A stretch of DNA of 64,000 nt, taken from a bacterium. GTDB lineage: Archaea > Nanobdellota > Nanobdellia > Pacearchaeales > GW2011-AR1. Of the stretch, positions 45,876 to 55,144 are shown one piece after another (position 1 is the first letter of the stretch; each line of letters opens with the position of its first letter). The DNA lies in the NCBI GenBank assembly GCA_036787775.1, contig DAIQOR010000003.1, positions 9,466 to 73,465 on the forward strand. The letters run 5' to 3'. The translations under genes were made by a program, and so were the position numbers. The notes beneath the pieces are model-generated. The model saw nothing but the letters and a program-made list of their open reading frames with translations, was not told where the DNA came from and ran no database searches.

Positions 45876-46198
45876 GTTATGATAAAGAAGAAGATTTGCT
45901 TCATGTTCTTAGAGAAAATGAGAAGATAAAATTTAGTTTTGATATTGAATTACCTCAAGGAGACCTTGTTGTAGATTTTGGATTTAATGGGCAAATAATT
46001 GGATTAGAGTTTTCTGATGCTTCAGATTATTTTCCTTTTTTAAAAAAGATTAATGAGAATAAGGTACGGGCTAAAATGTCCATACAATATGGTTCAAATT
46101 GGGCACGGATTAAGTATGAAATTTCGGCTCCAGGGGTTAAGCCAGTAGTTAAAGAGATTATTTCTCCATATAATAAAAGAATGATTTTGGAACATTAA
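45851..46198 (+). CDS. DUF2283 family protein (antitoxin-like partner)
   Basis: IKVSYDKEEDLLHV ... DLVVDFGFNGQIIGLEFSDAS matches the DUF2283 signature. Confidence 0.6.
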   Translation: MAERNIKVSYDKEEDLLHVLRENEKIKFSFDIELPQGDLVVDFGFNGQIIGLEFSDASDYFPFLKKINENKVRAKMSIQYGSNWARIKYEISAPGVKPVVKEIISPYNKRMILEH

Positions 46199-46255
46199 GA
46201 GAAGCAATCCTAATTTGTCAAGTAATTTTATAAATCCCTTATTCTATATTATATT

Positions 46256-46516
46256 ATGAGTGATTTTATGTGGCACAAGGTTTCTGATAAAGAGAAGGAA
46301 GATATTGAGAGGCAGGCGAAGGGGATTATGGATTCTTTTGTGGGGAAGTTGGCAAGTGTCGAGGGTCGGCTTGGAGGTGAGGCTGTTGTTGAGCGAGATG
46401 TTTGTGAGAGGGCTGAGGACGGCGGGAAGTGTGCGGAGATGAGTCGGAAAATTATGTTTGAGAATGCGCCGAATTTCGATGAGGATTTTATAATTGCGGA
46501 GAAAGGTGGATGGTGA
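46256..46516 (+). CDS. gatC: amidotransferase subunit C (GatC)
   Basis: Small size, C-terminal ENAPNFDEDFIIAEKG matches the GatC tail; lies upstream of gatA. Confidence 0.6.
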   Translation: MSDFMWHKVSDKEKEDIERQAKGIMDSFVGKLASVEGRLGGEAVVERDVCERAEDGGKCAEMSRKIMFENAPNFDEDFIIAEKGGW

Positions 46517-47229
46517 TGATAGACGCACATTTACATTTAGGTTCAATTTCTGATAAGACAGGAAAAAAATGGGGAAGTTTTGGAGAGTATCAAAAGATAG
46601 CAAAGAAATTGAATTTAGATTATTATTGTGTTGTTCCAATTGGTTTGCCTGAAAATTTTTCAAATAATTCAACGCCAGATAATGATTCTGTTTTGGAGGC
46701 TACGAAGAAAGATAAAAAAATAATTCCAATTTATTGGTTTAATGTTTTTGATTTGCCAGAGGTAATTGATGAAAGATATAAGGCGATTAAATTTCATCCA
46801 GATATTGGACAAATTGAAATAGATGATGAAAGAGTTGTAGATTTTGTTAAAAAGATTAATCTTCCCGTTTTTGTTCATACGAATGAGGGAAAAGAATATT
46901 CTAATTTGGGCAAGGCTTCTAATTTGGCGAAAAAAGTTAAGGTTCCAGTTGTGGCTGTTCATTCGGGTTCTATTACAAGAACTTTTTTTACATTAGATGG
47001 TTATGATTTTCCAGACAATTTTTACTTTGAAACTTCTGGAATTCAATATGCTGTTATCTTAAAAAAAATTTATAAAAAATTTGGAGCAGAAAGAATTATT
47101 TTTGGAAGTGATTATCCTTTTGGAGATCCGCGGGTTTCTTTAGGAATGGTTGACTCTCTCTCTCCAAATAAAAAAGAATATAATCAAATTGTCGGGGGAA
47201 ATATTAAGAGGATTTTGGGTTTGAAATGA
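46510..47229 (+). CDS. amidohydrolase-family (TIM-barrel metal-dependent) hydrolase
   Basis: MIDAHLHLG N-terminal metal-binding motif, FGSDYPF near C-terminus. Confidence 0.55.
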   Translation: MVMIDAHLHLGSISDKTGKKWGSFGEYQKIAKKLNLDYYCVVPIGLPENFSNNSTPDNDSVLEATKKDKKIIPIYWFNVFDLPEVIDERYKAIKFHPDIGQIEIDDERVVDFVKKINLPVFVHTNEGKEYSNLGKASNLAKKVKVPVVAVHSGSITRTFFTLDGYDFPDNFYFETSGIQYAVILKKIYKKFGAERIIFGSDYPFGDPRVSLGMVDSLSPNKKEYNQIVGGNIKRILGLK

Positions 47230-48533
47230 CAACAACATCAAAAGTAAAAAAATATTTGAGAGAGATTTGGGCGAATGATCAAGCTGGAAAAAAAATAAAT
47301 GCATTTATTCAGGTTCGAGATGAAAAAGATTTAGTGAAAGAGGCGGAGGAAATTGATAAGAAAATAAAAAGTGGAAAGGCGGGGAAACTTGCGGGAATGA
47401 TTTTTGGAATTAAGGCTTGCATTAATGTTGAGGGTTTGAATTGTAATTGTGCGTCGAAAACTTTGGAAAATTATCGTGCAGTTTTTGATGCGACTGTTGT
47501 TAAAAAAATTAAAGCGGAAGATGGTTTGATAATTGGTGTTTGTAATATGGATGAGTTTGCTTGCGGGAGTTCGGGCGAGACTTCGGCTTTTGGTCCGACG
47601 AAAAATCCTGTTGATTTAGAATATATTCCTGGTGGTTCGTCGTCGGGAAGTGCGGCTGCTGTTGCGGCGGGTTTTTGTGATGTGGCTTTGGGTTCGGATA
47701 CTGGAGGAAGTTTAAGATGCCCAGCTTCTCATTGCGGGATAGTTGGATTAAAACCGAGTTATGGTTGCGTTTCAAGATATGGTTTGGTTGATATGTCAAT
47801 GAGTTTGGATCAGATTGGGCCTTTGGGAAAAAATGTCGAGGACGTTGCAAAAGTTTTGGAAGTTATTAAAGGGCGAGATGAATGCGATTCGATTAGTGTT
47901 GATTCAAAAGTTTCTGTTAAGGTTCCTAAAAAAATTATTGTGGGTTTGTTGGATTATGAAACTTCGGACAAGAGAGTTGGAGATTTGATTAATAAAAAAA
48001 TTGAAGAGGTTGCGAAGAAAAATAATTGGGTTGTTAAGAAAGTAAAAATTGACTTGATTGATTTGGCGATTCAGACTTATTATCCGATTGTTTATACTGA
48101 GGTTTTTTCTGGCACGAGGAAATTTGATGGGCGAAGGTTTGGAAAGAAAATTGAGGATTCTTGCGGGCCTGAAGTTTTGAGGAGAATTCTTGGTGGCGCG
48201 GAAATTACGAAGGCGGAATATGGCGGGAGATATTATCATCGGGCTTTGAAGGCGAAGAGGTTGATTGAGAAAGAGTATGGGAAACTTTTTGGGAATTTTG
48301 ATTGTATTGTTAGTGCGACTGTTCCGAGGTTGCCGTGGAAAATTGGCGAGAAGATTTCTGTTGAGGAAGGTTATGCGACGGATGTTTTGACTGTGCCTGC
48401 GAATTTGGCGGGGATTTGTGCGATTAGTGTTCCTGCTGGAAGAATTGATAATTTGCCTGTTGGGATTCAGATTGCTTGTGATAAATTTCAAGAGGGGAAA
48501 TTGTTTGGGATTGCTAAGGAATTTGAGAAGTAA
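47226..48533 (+). CDS. gatA: amidotransferase subunit A (GatA), amidase signature family
   Basis: GGSSSGSAAAVAAG...GSDTGGSLRCPAS amidase signature. Confidence 0.85.
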   Translation: MTTTSKVKKYLREIWANDQAGKKINAFIQVRDEKDLVKEAEEIDKKIKSGKAGKLAGMIFGIKACINVEGLNCNCASKTLENYRAVFDATVVKKIKAEDGLIIGVCNMDEFACGSSGETSAFGPTKNPVDLEYIPGGSSSGSAAAVAAGFCDVALGSDTGGSLRCPASHCGIVGLKPSYGCVSRYGLVDMSMSLDQIGPLGKNVEDVAKVLEVIKGRDECDSISVDSKVSVKVPKKIIVGLLDYETSDKRVGDLINKKIEEVAKKNNWVVKKVKIDLIDLAIQTYYPIVYTEVFSGTRKFDGRRFGKKIEDSCGPEVLRRILGGAEITKAEYGGRYYHRALKAKRLIEKEYGKLFGNFDCIVSATVPRLPWKIGEKISVEEGYATDVLTVPANLAGICAISVPAGRIDNLPVGIQIACDKFQEGKLFGIAKEFEK

Positions 48534-48556
48534 ATCTTTAAAAAACTCTGCTTGTT

Positions 48557-49222
48557 TTGATTTGTATGGATATTGAGAATATTAAGCTGGATTGGCTTGG
48601 ACATTCGGGTTTTAAGATAACTAATTCAAAGGTGATTTATATTGACCCGTTTAATATTCCGCCGAACAGCGAGAAGGCAGATTTGATTTTGTTGACGCAT
48701 AGTCATTATGACCATTGCAGTTTTCTGGACATTCAGAAGATTATTAAGGAAGAGACGAAGATTGTTTTGACGGCGGATTGTCAGAGTAAGATTTTGCGTT
48801 TCGATTTTCCGATTAAGATGGAGATTGTTGGTCCGGGGCGAGAGTTTTCTTACGGCGAGATAAAAATTTCCACGCTTCCGGCGTACAATTTGGATAAGCC
48901 GTTTCATGCGAAGAGCGAGGAATGGATTGGTTATCTTTTGAAAATTGGAAAAGTTTTGATTTATCATGCAGGGGATACGGACAAAATTCCTGAGATGCAG
49001 AAACTTACTGGGCATGGGGATAAAAAGTTGATTGCTCTGCTTCCGATTGGCGGGAGATTTACGATGGATGTTGAAGAGGCGGTTGAGGCGGCGAAATTGA
49101 TTAAACCTTTTTTGGCTGTGCCGATGCATTATGGTTCGATTGTTGGTTCGAAAGAAGATGCTAAAGAATTTGTTGAACTTTGCAAGGAAGAAAATATAAA
49201 TGCGGAAATATTAGAGAAATAA
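48557..49222 (+). CDS. MBL-fold metal-dependent hydrolase
   Basis: LTHSHYDH motif. Confidence 0.6.
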   Translation: MICMDIENIKLDWLGHSGFKITNSKVIYIDPFNIPPNSEKADLILLTHSHYDHCSFLDIQKIIKEETKIVLTADCQSKILRFDFPIKMEIVGPGREFSYGEIKISTLPAYNLDKPFHAKSEEWIGYLLKIGKVLIYHAGDTDKIPEMQKLTGHGDKKLIALLPIGGRFTMDVEEAVEAAKLIKPFLAVPMHYGSIVGSKEDAKEFVELCKEENINAEILEK

Positions 49223-50253
49223 TGGATTATTTAATTGGAAGTAAAAAGGAATTTTTGGATTTTGTGGATTCAATTAAGGCGGAAGATAAAATTGGAATTT
49301 TGACGCACACGGATTTGGATGGTTTGGCTTCGGCGGTTTTCTTGGAAAAAATTTTGGAGGCAAAAGGGCACGAAGTAACTTTCTTGGATTTTTTATTTTA
49401 TGAGGACGGAGTTTTAGAAAAAGTCATCTCTAATTTGAAAGAAAATTTGATAGACAAAATTTTTATTTCGGATTTTAGTATTGATAGTTTGGACGATGTC
49501 GCGTTTAATTTATTGAAGGAAGAGTTTGATGTTTTTTTGATTGATCATCATCCTTTGGTTGGAGGTTTTGATTATGGAAATAAAGTGATAAAGACGGCTT
49601 CTTCGGATTGTTCGGCTTTGACAATTTTTGATTTGGGCAAAGAAATTTTTGATAGCGAGAATTGGGAGTGGTTGGTTTGTGCGGCGATTTTTTCTGATTA
49701 TTCTTATAAAAGTTCAGAGAATTTTGAATTTATGAAAAGTGTTTATCCTGATTTGACTCTTGAAAATATTTCTTATTCGAAGCCAGGAATAATTGCAAAG
49801 AAAGTTTCTTCGGCTTTGATTTATTATAAAAGAGATTTGAAAAAAGTTTATGATTTGGTTTTGGAAAAAAATCTTTCCGAATTGGACGAGATTCATGAAA
49901 TTATCGACGAGGAAATTAATAAATGTGTGGAAGAATATTTTGATAAGGCAGAATTTTATCCAGATAAGAATATGTTTATTTATGAGGTTGATTCGAAGTT
50001 TAGTATTGCGTCTTATGTTACAACAATGGTTTCAACTATGAAAAAGGATTTTACTTTTATTTCTTATCAAGGCGGAGGAGAGTATTATAAAATTAGTGCG
50101 AGAAATCAGAATGTTACACAAGATATGAATAAGTTAATGAAAAAAGGTGTTGAGGGTTTGGAAAATGCTATGGGGGGTGGGCACGCACCGGCATCTGCTG
50201 CGAGAATTATGCGTGAGGATTTGGGAAAGTTTAAGGAGAATATTTTGAAATGA
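49222..50253 (+). CDS. DHH/DHHA1 family phosphoesterase (second copy)
   Basis: HTDLDGLAS, LIDHHP, GGGHAPASAA; start taken at the ATG overlapping the upstream stop (TAATG). Confidence 0.7.
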   Translation: MDYLIGSKKEFLDFVDSIKAEDKIGILTHTDLDGLASAVFLEKILEAKGHEVTFLDFLFYEDGVLEKVISNLKENLIDKIFISDFSIDSLDDVAFNLLKEEFDVFLIDHHPLVGGFDYGNKVIKTASSDCSALTIFDLGKEIFDSENWEWLVCAAIFSDYSYKSSENFEFMKSVYPDLTLENISYSKPGIIAKKVSSALIYYKRDLKKVYDLVLEKNLSELDEIHEIIDEEINKCVEEYFDKAEFYPDKNMFIYEVDSKFSIASYVTTMVSTMKKDFTFISYQGGGEYYKISARNQNVTQDMNKLMKKGVEGLENAMGGGHAPASAARIMREDLGKFKENILK

Positions 50254-50792
50254 GAATTGACAATTTCCCCCAAAGAAAAAAAGATGTTCTTGAAAAGTTG
50301 GATAAGAGTTCTGTCGGAGGATGGGATGAAAAGATAAAAGATTTGTGTGATAAAATAAATTCTTTGGAAAATTATTACACGACTTCGTCATGTTCTGGAA
50401 GAATTATTGTTATGGTTGACCAAGATAAAAAAGGTCCTGGGCTTTTCGAATTTGTTAGTCATGATTTAGTTAAAGAGTTGAAAAAATTTAAATGGAAGAA
50501 TTTGAAATTTAAATCTGAACCGCCGATTCTTCATGTGGCTTGTAAAACTCTTGAGGATGCGGAAACTTTTTTGATTAAAGCGCAAAACGCTGGTTGGAAA
50601 AGGTCTGGAATAATTTCTTTGAGAAGGAATATTGTTGTTGAAATAATTAGTACAGATAAGTTGGAATTTCCGTTGGTTAAGAATGGGAAACTTTTGGTGG
50701 ATGAAGAATTTTTGAAAATTGTTTTGGAAAAGGCGAATGAGAATTTGAAGAAGGGTTGGCGAAAGATTGAAAAACTAAAAAAGATTATTTAG
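50250..50792 (+). CDS. tRNA wybutosine/wyosine synthesis protein Tyw3/Taw3
   Basis: SSCSGRI signature. Confidence 0.7.
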   Translation: MRIDNFPQRKKDVLEKLDKSSVGGWDEKIKDLCDKINSLENYYTTSSCSGRIIVMVDQDKKGPGLFEFVSHDLVKELKKFKWKNLKFKSEPPILHVACKTLEDAETFLIKAQNAGWKRSGIISLRRNIVVEIISTDKLEFPLVKNGKLLVDEEFLKIVLEKANENLKKGWRKIEKLKKII

Positions 50793-50795
50793 TTT

Positions 50796-51263
50796 ATGTA
50801 TCCACAATCACATTTTTTATTTTCGTTTTTGGTAGCTTCGGTGTTTGCGAAGTTGGGAGTTTTTGATTTTAGAGTTGCTTTGCTCGTTGCTGTTTTTGCT
50901 TTCTTGGTTGATGTTGACCATTTTATTTTGTTCGTTTCTAAATTTAAAGATTCGAGTTTGAGAAATGCTTGGAATAAAGCGGTTTATGGAAAATATGCTG
51001 GGCGAACTTTTATTCATCATTGGATTGGGTTTTTGATTATGACTGCGATAATTATTTTTTTGTATTTTTATAATTTGAATTTATTTTGGATTGTTGGGCT
51101 TGGTTATTATACGCATATGATTTTAGATTATGCGCATTTAAATTTTCTTAAAATTAAAGGAAGATTGAGTTTGAGGTTCGGAGGTTTTGTTGAGAGGATT
51201 GGAAAGTTTGAAGCTTTGTTTGATATTTTTATTTTGATGGGAATGGTGTTGGTTTGGATATAG
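50796..51263 (+). CDS. membrane-bound metal-dependent hydrolase-like protein (DUF457/YdjM-like)
   Basis: VDVDHF, HHWIG, HMILDYAH His/Asp clusters in TM context. Confidence 0.45.
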   Translation: MYPQSHFLFSFLVASVFAKLGVFDFRVALLVAVFAFLVDVDHFILFVSKFKDSSLRNAWNKAVYGKYAGRTFIHHWIGFLIMTAIIIFLYFYNLNLFWIVGLGYYTHMILDYAHLNFLKIKGRLSLRFGGFVERIGKFEALFDIFILMGMVLVWI

Positions 51264-51501
51264 TTGAATTTCACAACGAAAATATATTTAAACTCGAGAA
51301 GCCTCTATTTTTTTATCATATTATAATTTGGGTGGTACTGAATTTAATATGCGGGCTTCGGCCCATTTTTTTTCTAAGGTAAACATAGAAGGTGCTGGAA
51401 GTTTTTAAGGCTTTATCACCACTTTCGAAATACAGATGAAAGAGAGTTTTCAACTCTCAAACAAACGCGAGGAATCGCATTTGAAAGGAGGAAATAAATA
51501 A

Positions 51502-52581
51502 ATGGTTTTAGATTTTGCAAAAGAAGCGATACAAAATACGGCTACACATAGTATTAACTTTGACGAGTTGCGAGCAGGTAAGGCTAGCATTAAAGTTGTT
51601 GGATGCGGAGGTTGCGGTGGAAACATGACAACTTGGCTTTTCAATAAAGGAATTAATGGGGCGACAATTTATTCTGTAAACACAGACGCTTTGCACCTTA
51701 GTGTTACAAAAGCAGATGAGAAGGTTCTTTTGGGTAAGGAATTAACAAGAGGTCTTGGTGCTGGAGGAATGCCGAACAAAGGTCGGGAAGCAGCTAAGGA
51801 AGCAATTGTTGAACTTAAGAAAGCAGTTGGTAATTCAGATATGGTTTTCGTTCTTGCAGGTCTTGGAGGTGGTACCGGTACTGGTTCTGCACCGGTTGTG
51901 GCTCAATTAGCTAAAGAAACTGGAGCAGTTGTTATTGCAGTTGTTACAATGCCTTTCGAGTCAGAGAAAGCAAGAATTGATAAGGCTGAGTTTGGACTTC
52001 AAGAATTAAGAGAAGTTAGTGATACTTGCATCGTGCTTGACAACAATCGTTTAGTTGATATTGCTGGACAATTACCTATCGAACAGGCTTTCGCAGTTGC
52101 TAATGAACTTGTTTCTACAATGATTAAAGGAATTGTTGAGACAATCACTCTTCCGAGTTTAATTAACTTGGATTATGCTGATGTTTCGACTATCATGAAG
52201 AACGGGGGAGTTGCTGTGATTGGAATTGGAGAATCGGACGCTGCAGATCGTGTTCAAGAATCAGTAAGGCAAGCCCTGACTCATCCTCTACTTGATGTGG
52301 ATTATAAAGGAGCTACCGGAGCTTTGATTCATATTACGTGCGGTCCTGATTTAAAGTTGGAAGAGTTCGATACTATCGGTAAGACTGTTTCAGAAAACTT
52401 AAGTAATGAAGCGCAGGTTATAATTGGTGCGAGAATTTCTAAAGATTTTGTTGGAAAGGTTCGTGTTATTACAATTATGACTGGTGTTAAATCTCCTTAC
52501 GTTTTAGGAAGAGGAAGAGATAACAATTCAATGCCTGTTTCAAGAGAAGTTTCTGATTTAGGTATAGACGTCTGGCGTTAA
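51502..52581 (+). CDS. ftsZ: cell division GTPase FtsZ
   Basis: VVGCGGCGGNM, tubulin signature GGGTGTG, T7-loop region. Confidence 0.9.
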   Translation: MVLDFAKEAIQNTATHSINFDELRAGKASIKVVGCGGCGGNMTTWLFNKGINGATIYSVNTDALHLSVTKADEKVLLGKELTRGLGAGGMPNKGREAAKEAIVELKKAVGNSDMVFVLAGLGGGTGTGSAPVVAQLAKETGAVVIAVVTMPFESEKARIDKAEFGLQELREVSDTCIVLDNNRLVDIAGQLPIEQAFAVANELVSTMIKGIVETITLPSLINLDYADVSTIMKNGGVAVIGIGESDAADRVQESVRQALTHPLLDVDYKGATGALIHITCGPDLKLEEFDTIGKTVSENLSNEAQVIIGARISKDFVGKVRVITIMTGVKSPYVLGRGRDNNSMPVSREVSDLGIDVWR

Positions 52582-52659
52582 ACAAATTAATTAATTTTTA
52601 TTTTATTTTTTTAAAGGGGAGAAAATTTCTCCCCTTTTACTTTTTTAGAATTTTTTTTA

Positions 52660-53244
52660 TTATATTAGAGCGGGAGCTATTCCCATAACCATTAAAATGG
52701 CAAAGATTATATAAATTATTATTGGAGTAATTATTAATAATATGAACCAAATCCAAGGTCCTACTCTTTTTTCATTTTCTCTGTCGTCAATAATTCTGTT
52801 AATCTCATATTGTAAATAAGCGAAGTTGAAGAAGAATGTGAATAGTCCAGAGATTTTTCTTGTTACGCCTTTTTTATCTAAAGCTTGATTTAATACTGTT
52901 CTTGTTGAGAATGCCAAAATTAATATTATTATAAATTGAATTAATCCTACAAGTGAAAGTAGTCCTAAAAAAATTGTAAAAGAAGCTAAAGCTACTAAAT
53001 CCAGAGTCATTATTGCTCCCCTCATCATCGTTTGAATTATTATGGCTAAAATTAAATAGAGTATGTGCAAAATTAAATATGTCTTCGCTAAACCTACACT
53101 TAATTTTTTTTCTGTGTTTAAATTATTTAGTTCTTTAGTTCTTTTCAAATACCAAACTGGAACATAAATTCCTGCGGTAATTATTGATAAAAATAATAAC
53201 AATACTACGCTTTTTTTCTCTGGTAAGTTTTTCATTTTAAGCAC
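52660..53244 (-). CDS. hypothetical membrane protein (DUF4234-like)
   Basis: GIYVPVWY motif, 4 TM. Confidence 0.4.
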   Translation of the reverse strand: MLKMKNLPEKKSVVLLLFLSIITAGIYVPVWYLKRTKELNNLNTEKKLSVGLAKTYLILHILYLILAIIIQTMMRGAIMTLDLVALASFTIFLGLLSLVGLIQFIIILILAFSTRTVLNQALDKKGVTRKISGLFTFFFNFAYLQYEINRIIDDRENEKRVGPWIWFILLIITPIIIYIIFAILMVMGIAPALI

Positions 53245-53806
53245 TCATCTTTCCCACCTTTTTCATTCTTTTGTTTCCGTATTTTTCGAAATAAATAATT
53301 TTGTCGAGGGAAATTCTTCTTTTTTCTGTTGTTTTTTGTCCTTTAATTTTTGCTTCAAATCCTATTGGGAAAATTGCTTCGACTTGAGTTCTTTCGGGGA
53401 TTGAAAGTGTTTTTTTAATTTGGTCTTCTACAAAATGTCCAACCCAGCAAGTTGCGAGTCCGACTTCTTCAATTTTTAATAAAAAGTTTTGTATTGCGGC
53501 TCCGCTTTGTTGTCGGTTGTAGACTTCACCGTTTTTCTCTTCGTAGGCGTTTAGTAAAATTTTTGGAACTGAGCAAACTACTAAAACATAATGTGCGGTT
53601 GAGACAAAAGGTTGTTGTGATGCCTCGGCGAGTTTTTCGATTTTTTCTGGGTCGCTTACGAGAATTATTTTTAGCGTGCAATTGTTGCCGGCTTTTGGTG
53701 CGTGTCGCATCGCGTCGACACATTCAAGAATGTATCTCCAGTCGGGTTTTTTTGAAGTAAATTTTTTCACGCTCTTTCTTGATTCAATTAGATTGTCTAA
53801 ATCCAT
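53237..53806 (-). CDS. nitroreductase family protein
   Basis: RKSVKKF N-terminus, nitroreductase fold length and conserved G/W positions. Confidence 0.65.
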   Translation of the reverse strand: MDLDNLIESRKSVKKFTSKKPDWRYILECVDAMRHAPKAGNNCTLKIILVSDPEKIEKLAEASQQPFVSTAHYVLVVCSVPKILLNAYEEKNGEVYNRQQSGAAIQNFLLKIEEVGLATCWVGHFVEDQIKKTLSIPERTQVEAIFPIGFEAKIKGQKTTEKRRISLDKIIYFEKYGNKRMKKVGKMSA

Positions 53807-53845
53807 AAAATGATTAGGAGAAAAGTATTAATAAATGTTTTTGAA

Positions 53846-54259
53846 TTATGCCGCGAAATTCTGTCTGAGATAATCATCTCTTGCCATGAATCTTTGGGAT
53901 AATTCATTACAAATTTTTACTAAATATTCTAATTTTTCTTCGGGGAGTTTGGGGGTATGAACTGAATTTAATTCTTGATAGAGAAGTTTGGCTTGAACTT
54001 TTGCATTATTCCAATCTCTGTATTCTTCCATTTTAGAAGGATTTTCTTTAGCGTCTTTTTCAATTAATTCTATATACATATCAGTTATTATTGAACTTAT
54101 TCCTTCTGTCATAAAATTTATTGAATTCTTATTTTTATATTCTCTTCGAATTAATTTTTTTAATTTTTTTAGTTGTGCAAAACCATTTCCCCTACCTAAT
54201 TTATAGTTATCTATTTCAGTTCCTGCAGAACACGCAATTTCAGCTAATTCTAAACTCAT
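53846..54259 (-). CDS. hypothetical protein
   Basis: 137 aa, alpha-helical, no motif. Confidence 0.35.
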   Translation of the reverse strand: MSLELAEIACSAGTEIDNYKLGRGNGFAQLKKLKKLIRREYKNKNSINFMTEGISSIITDMYIELIEKDAKENPSKMEEYRDWNNAKVQAKLLYQELNSVHTPKLPEEKLEYLVKICNELSQRFMARDDYLRQNFAA

Positions 54260-54303
54260 TCAGAAAATAGTTGTTTTGTGTTTATAAAAATTGTTGTGAT
54301 AAG

Positions 54304-54452
54304 AACGTCCCGAGAAGTGCTCTCAATCCGTGAAATGTTCTTTAAATTCGCTTGTTAAATTTTCTCGCTCTTTTATTAGAAATTTCAGAATTGCTCGTCG
54401 GCGTCGCGAACAAGTCGCTCGCTCGCTCTCCCAAGTGTGGTAAAACGAAACC
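54304..54452. repeat. tRNA-associated element (repeat of the tRNA-Asn 3' end, second-half module, 53-nt core); near-complete copy
   Basis: 54304..54317 repeats 54477..54490; 54318..54399 is ~80% identical to the reverse complement of 7653..7734; 54400..54452 is 51/53 identical to the reverse complement of 31497..31549. Confidence 0.85.
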
Positions 54453-54478
54453 TAAGGTTCTCGTCCTATTTTTAAAAA

Positions 54479-54551
54479 CGTCCCGAGAAGGACTCGAACC
54501 TTCGACCTAACGGTTAACAGCCGTTCGCTCTACCGACTGAGCTATCGGGAC
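54479..54551 (-). tRNA. tRNA-Asn (anticodon GTT)
   Basis: Reverse complement: acceptor gtcccga/tcgggac, anticodon stem aacgg/ccgtt with loop ctgttaa, T-arm gaagg-ttcgagt-ccttc. Confidence 0.75.
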
Positions 54552-54601
54552 ATGAAAATCTTACAGCAAATTTCCTTTTAAAGTTTATCTTTTCGGGACG
54601 T

Positions 54602-55102
54602 TTACTCTCTTAATCCTAAATCTTCTATAGGAGGGGTTTTGTTCCTTTCAGCACGAGAATATACATTTGTTTGTTTTGAGCCTTGCACGATTTCTATTAT
54701 CGCGTCTTGCGCGTTTTTTATTAGTTCGGGGTTTCCGATTATTCCGACTTTGTTTTCATTTATTTCTAAATTGCATCCAGTTAAGTTTGAGATTGTTTTC
54801 AAGGTTTTTCCTTCTTTTCCAATTATTCTTCCTCGGATTCTTTCGTAGTTTTGTTTTGTGGTGTAATCTTTTACGTTAAGTATTTCGAATTCTTTTTCTT
54901 CTTTTTTTATTGAAACTGCGTAGGAGAATGGGAATCCGAAGTTTATTGCGTCGATGACTTTTTCTGCGATGTATTCATCTTCGGGCGAGCCTTCTATGTT
55001 TACTTCTTTTCCTCGGTTTGTTATTTTGATGTTCAAAATTTTTTCGAGTTTTTTCTTGTTCTTTATAATTCTTGGGAGTTTTTCAGATATTATTGTTCTC
55101 AT
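54602..55102 (-). CDS. KH-domain RNA-binding protein (Dim2/Pno1-like)
   Basis: Two KH GxxG loops (IIGKEGKTLK; IIGNPELIKNA). Confidence 0.65.
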   Translation of the reverse strand: MRTIISEKLPRIIKNKKKLEKILNIKITNRGKEVNIEGSPEDEYIAEKVIDAINFGFPFSYAVSIKKEEKEFEILNVKDYTTKQNYERIRGRIIGKEGKTLKTISNLTGCNLEINENKVGIIGNPELIKNAQDAIIEIVQGSKQTNVYSRAERNKTPPIEDLGLRE

Positions 55103-55144
55103 GAATAATAGGAGAATAAAGGTGTTATAAGGTTTTTGATTGAT

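Noticed and set aside
46244-46672. Several overlapping ORFs (46244..46672 minus, 46249..46530 minus, 46260..46442 plus) in the GC-richer gatC region
   Set aside because: These are alternative frames of the same GC-richer stretch. Only the frame with the GatC-like C-terminus (46256..46516, plus strand) is supported.
47509-49129. Minus-strand ORFs 47509..47850, 47904..48491 and 48626..49129 inside gatA and the MBL hydrolase
   Set aside because: Antisense to confidently identified genes, with N/R/I/F-rich low-complexity products.
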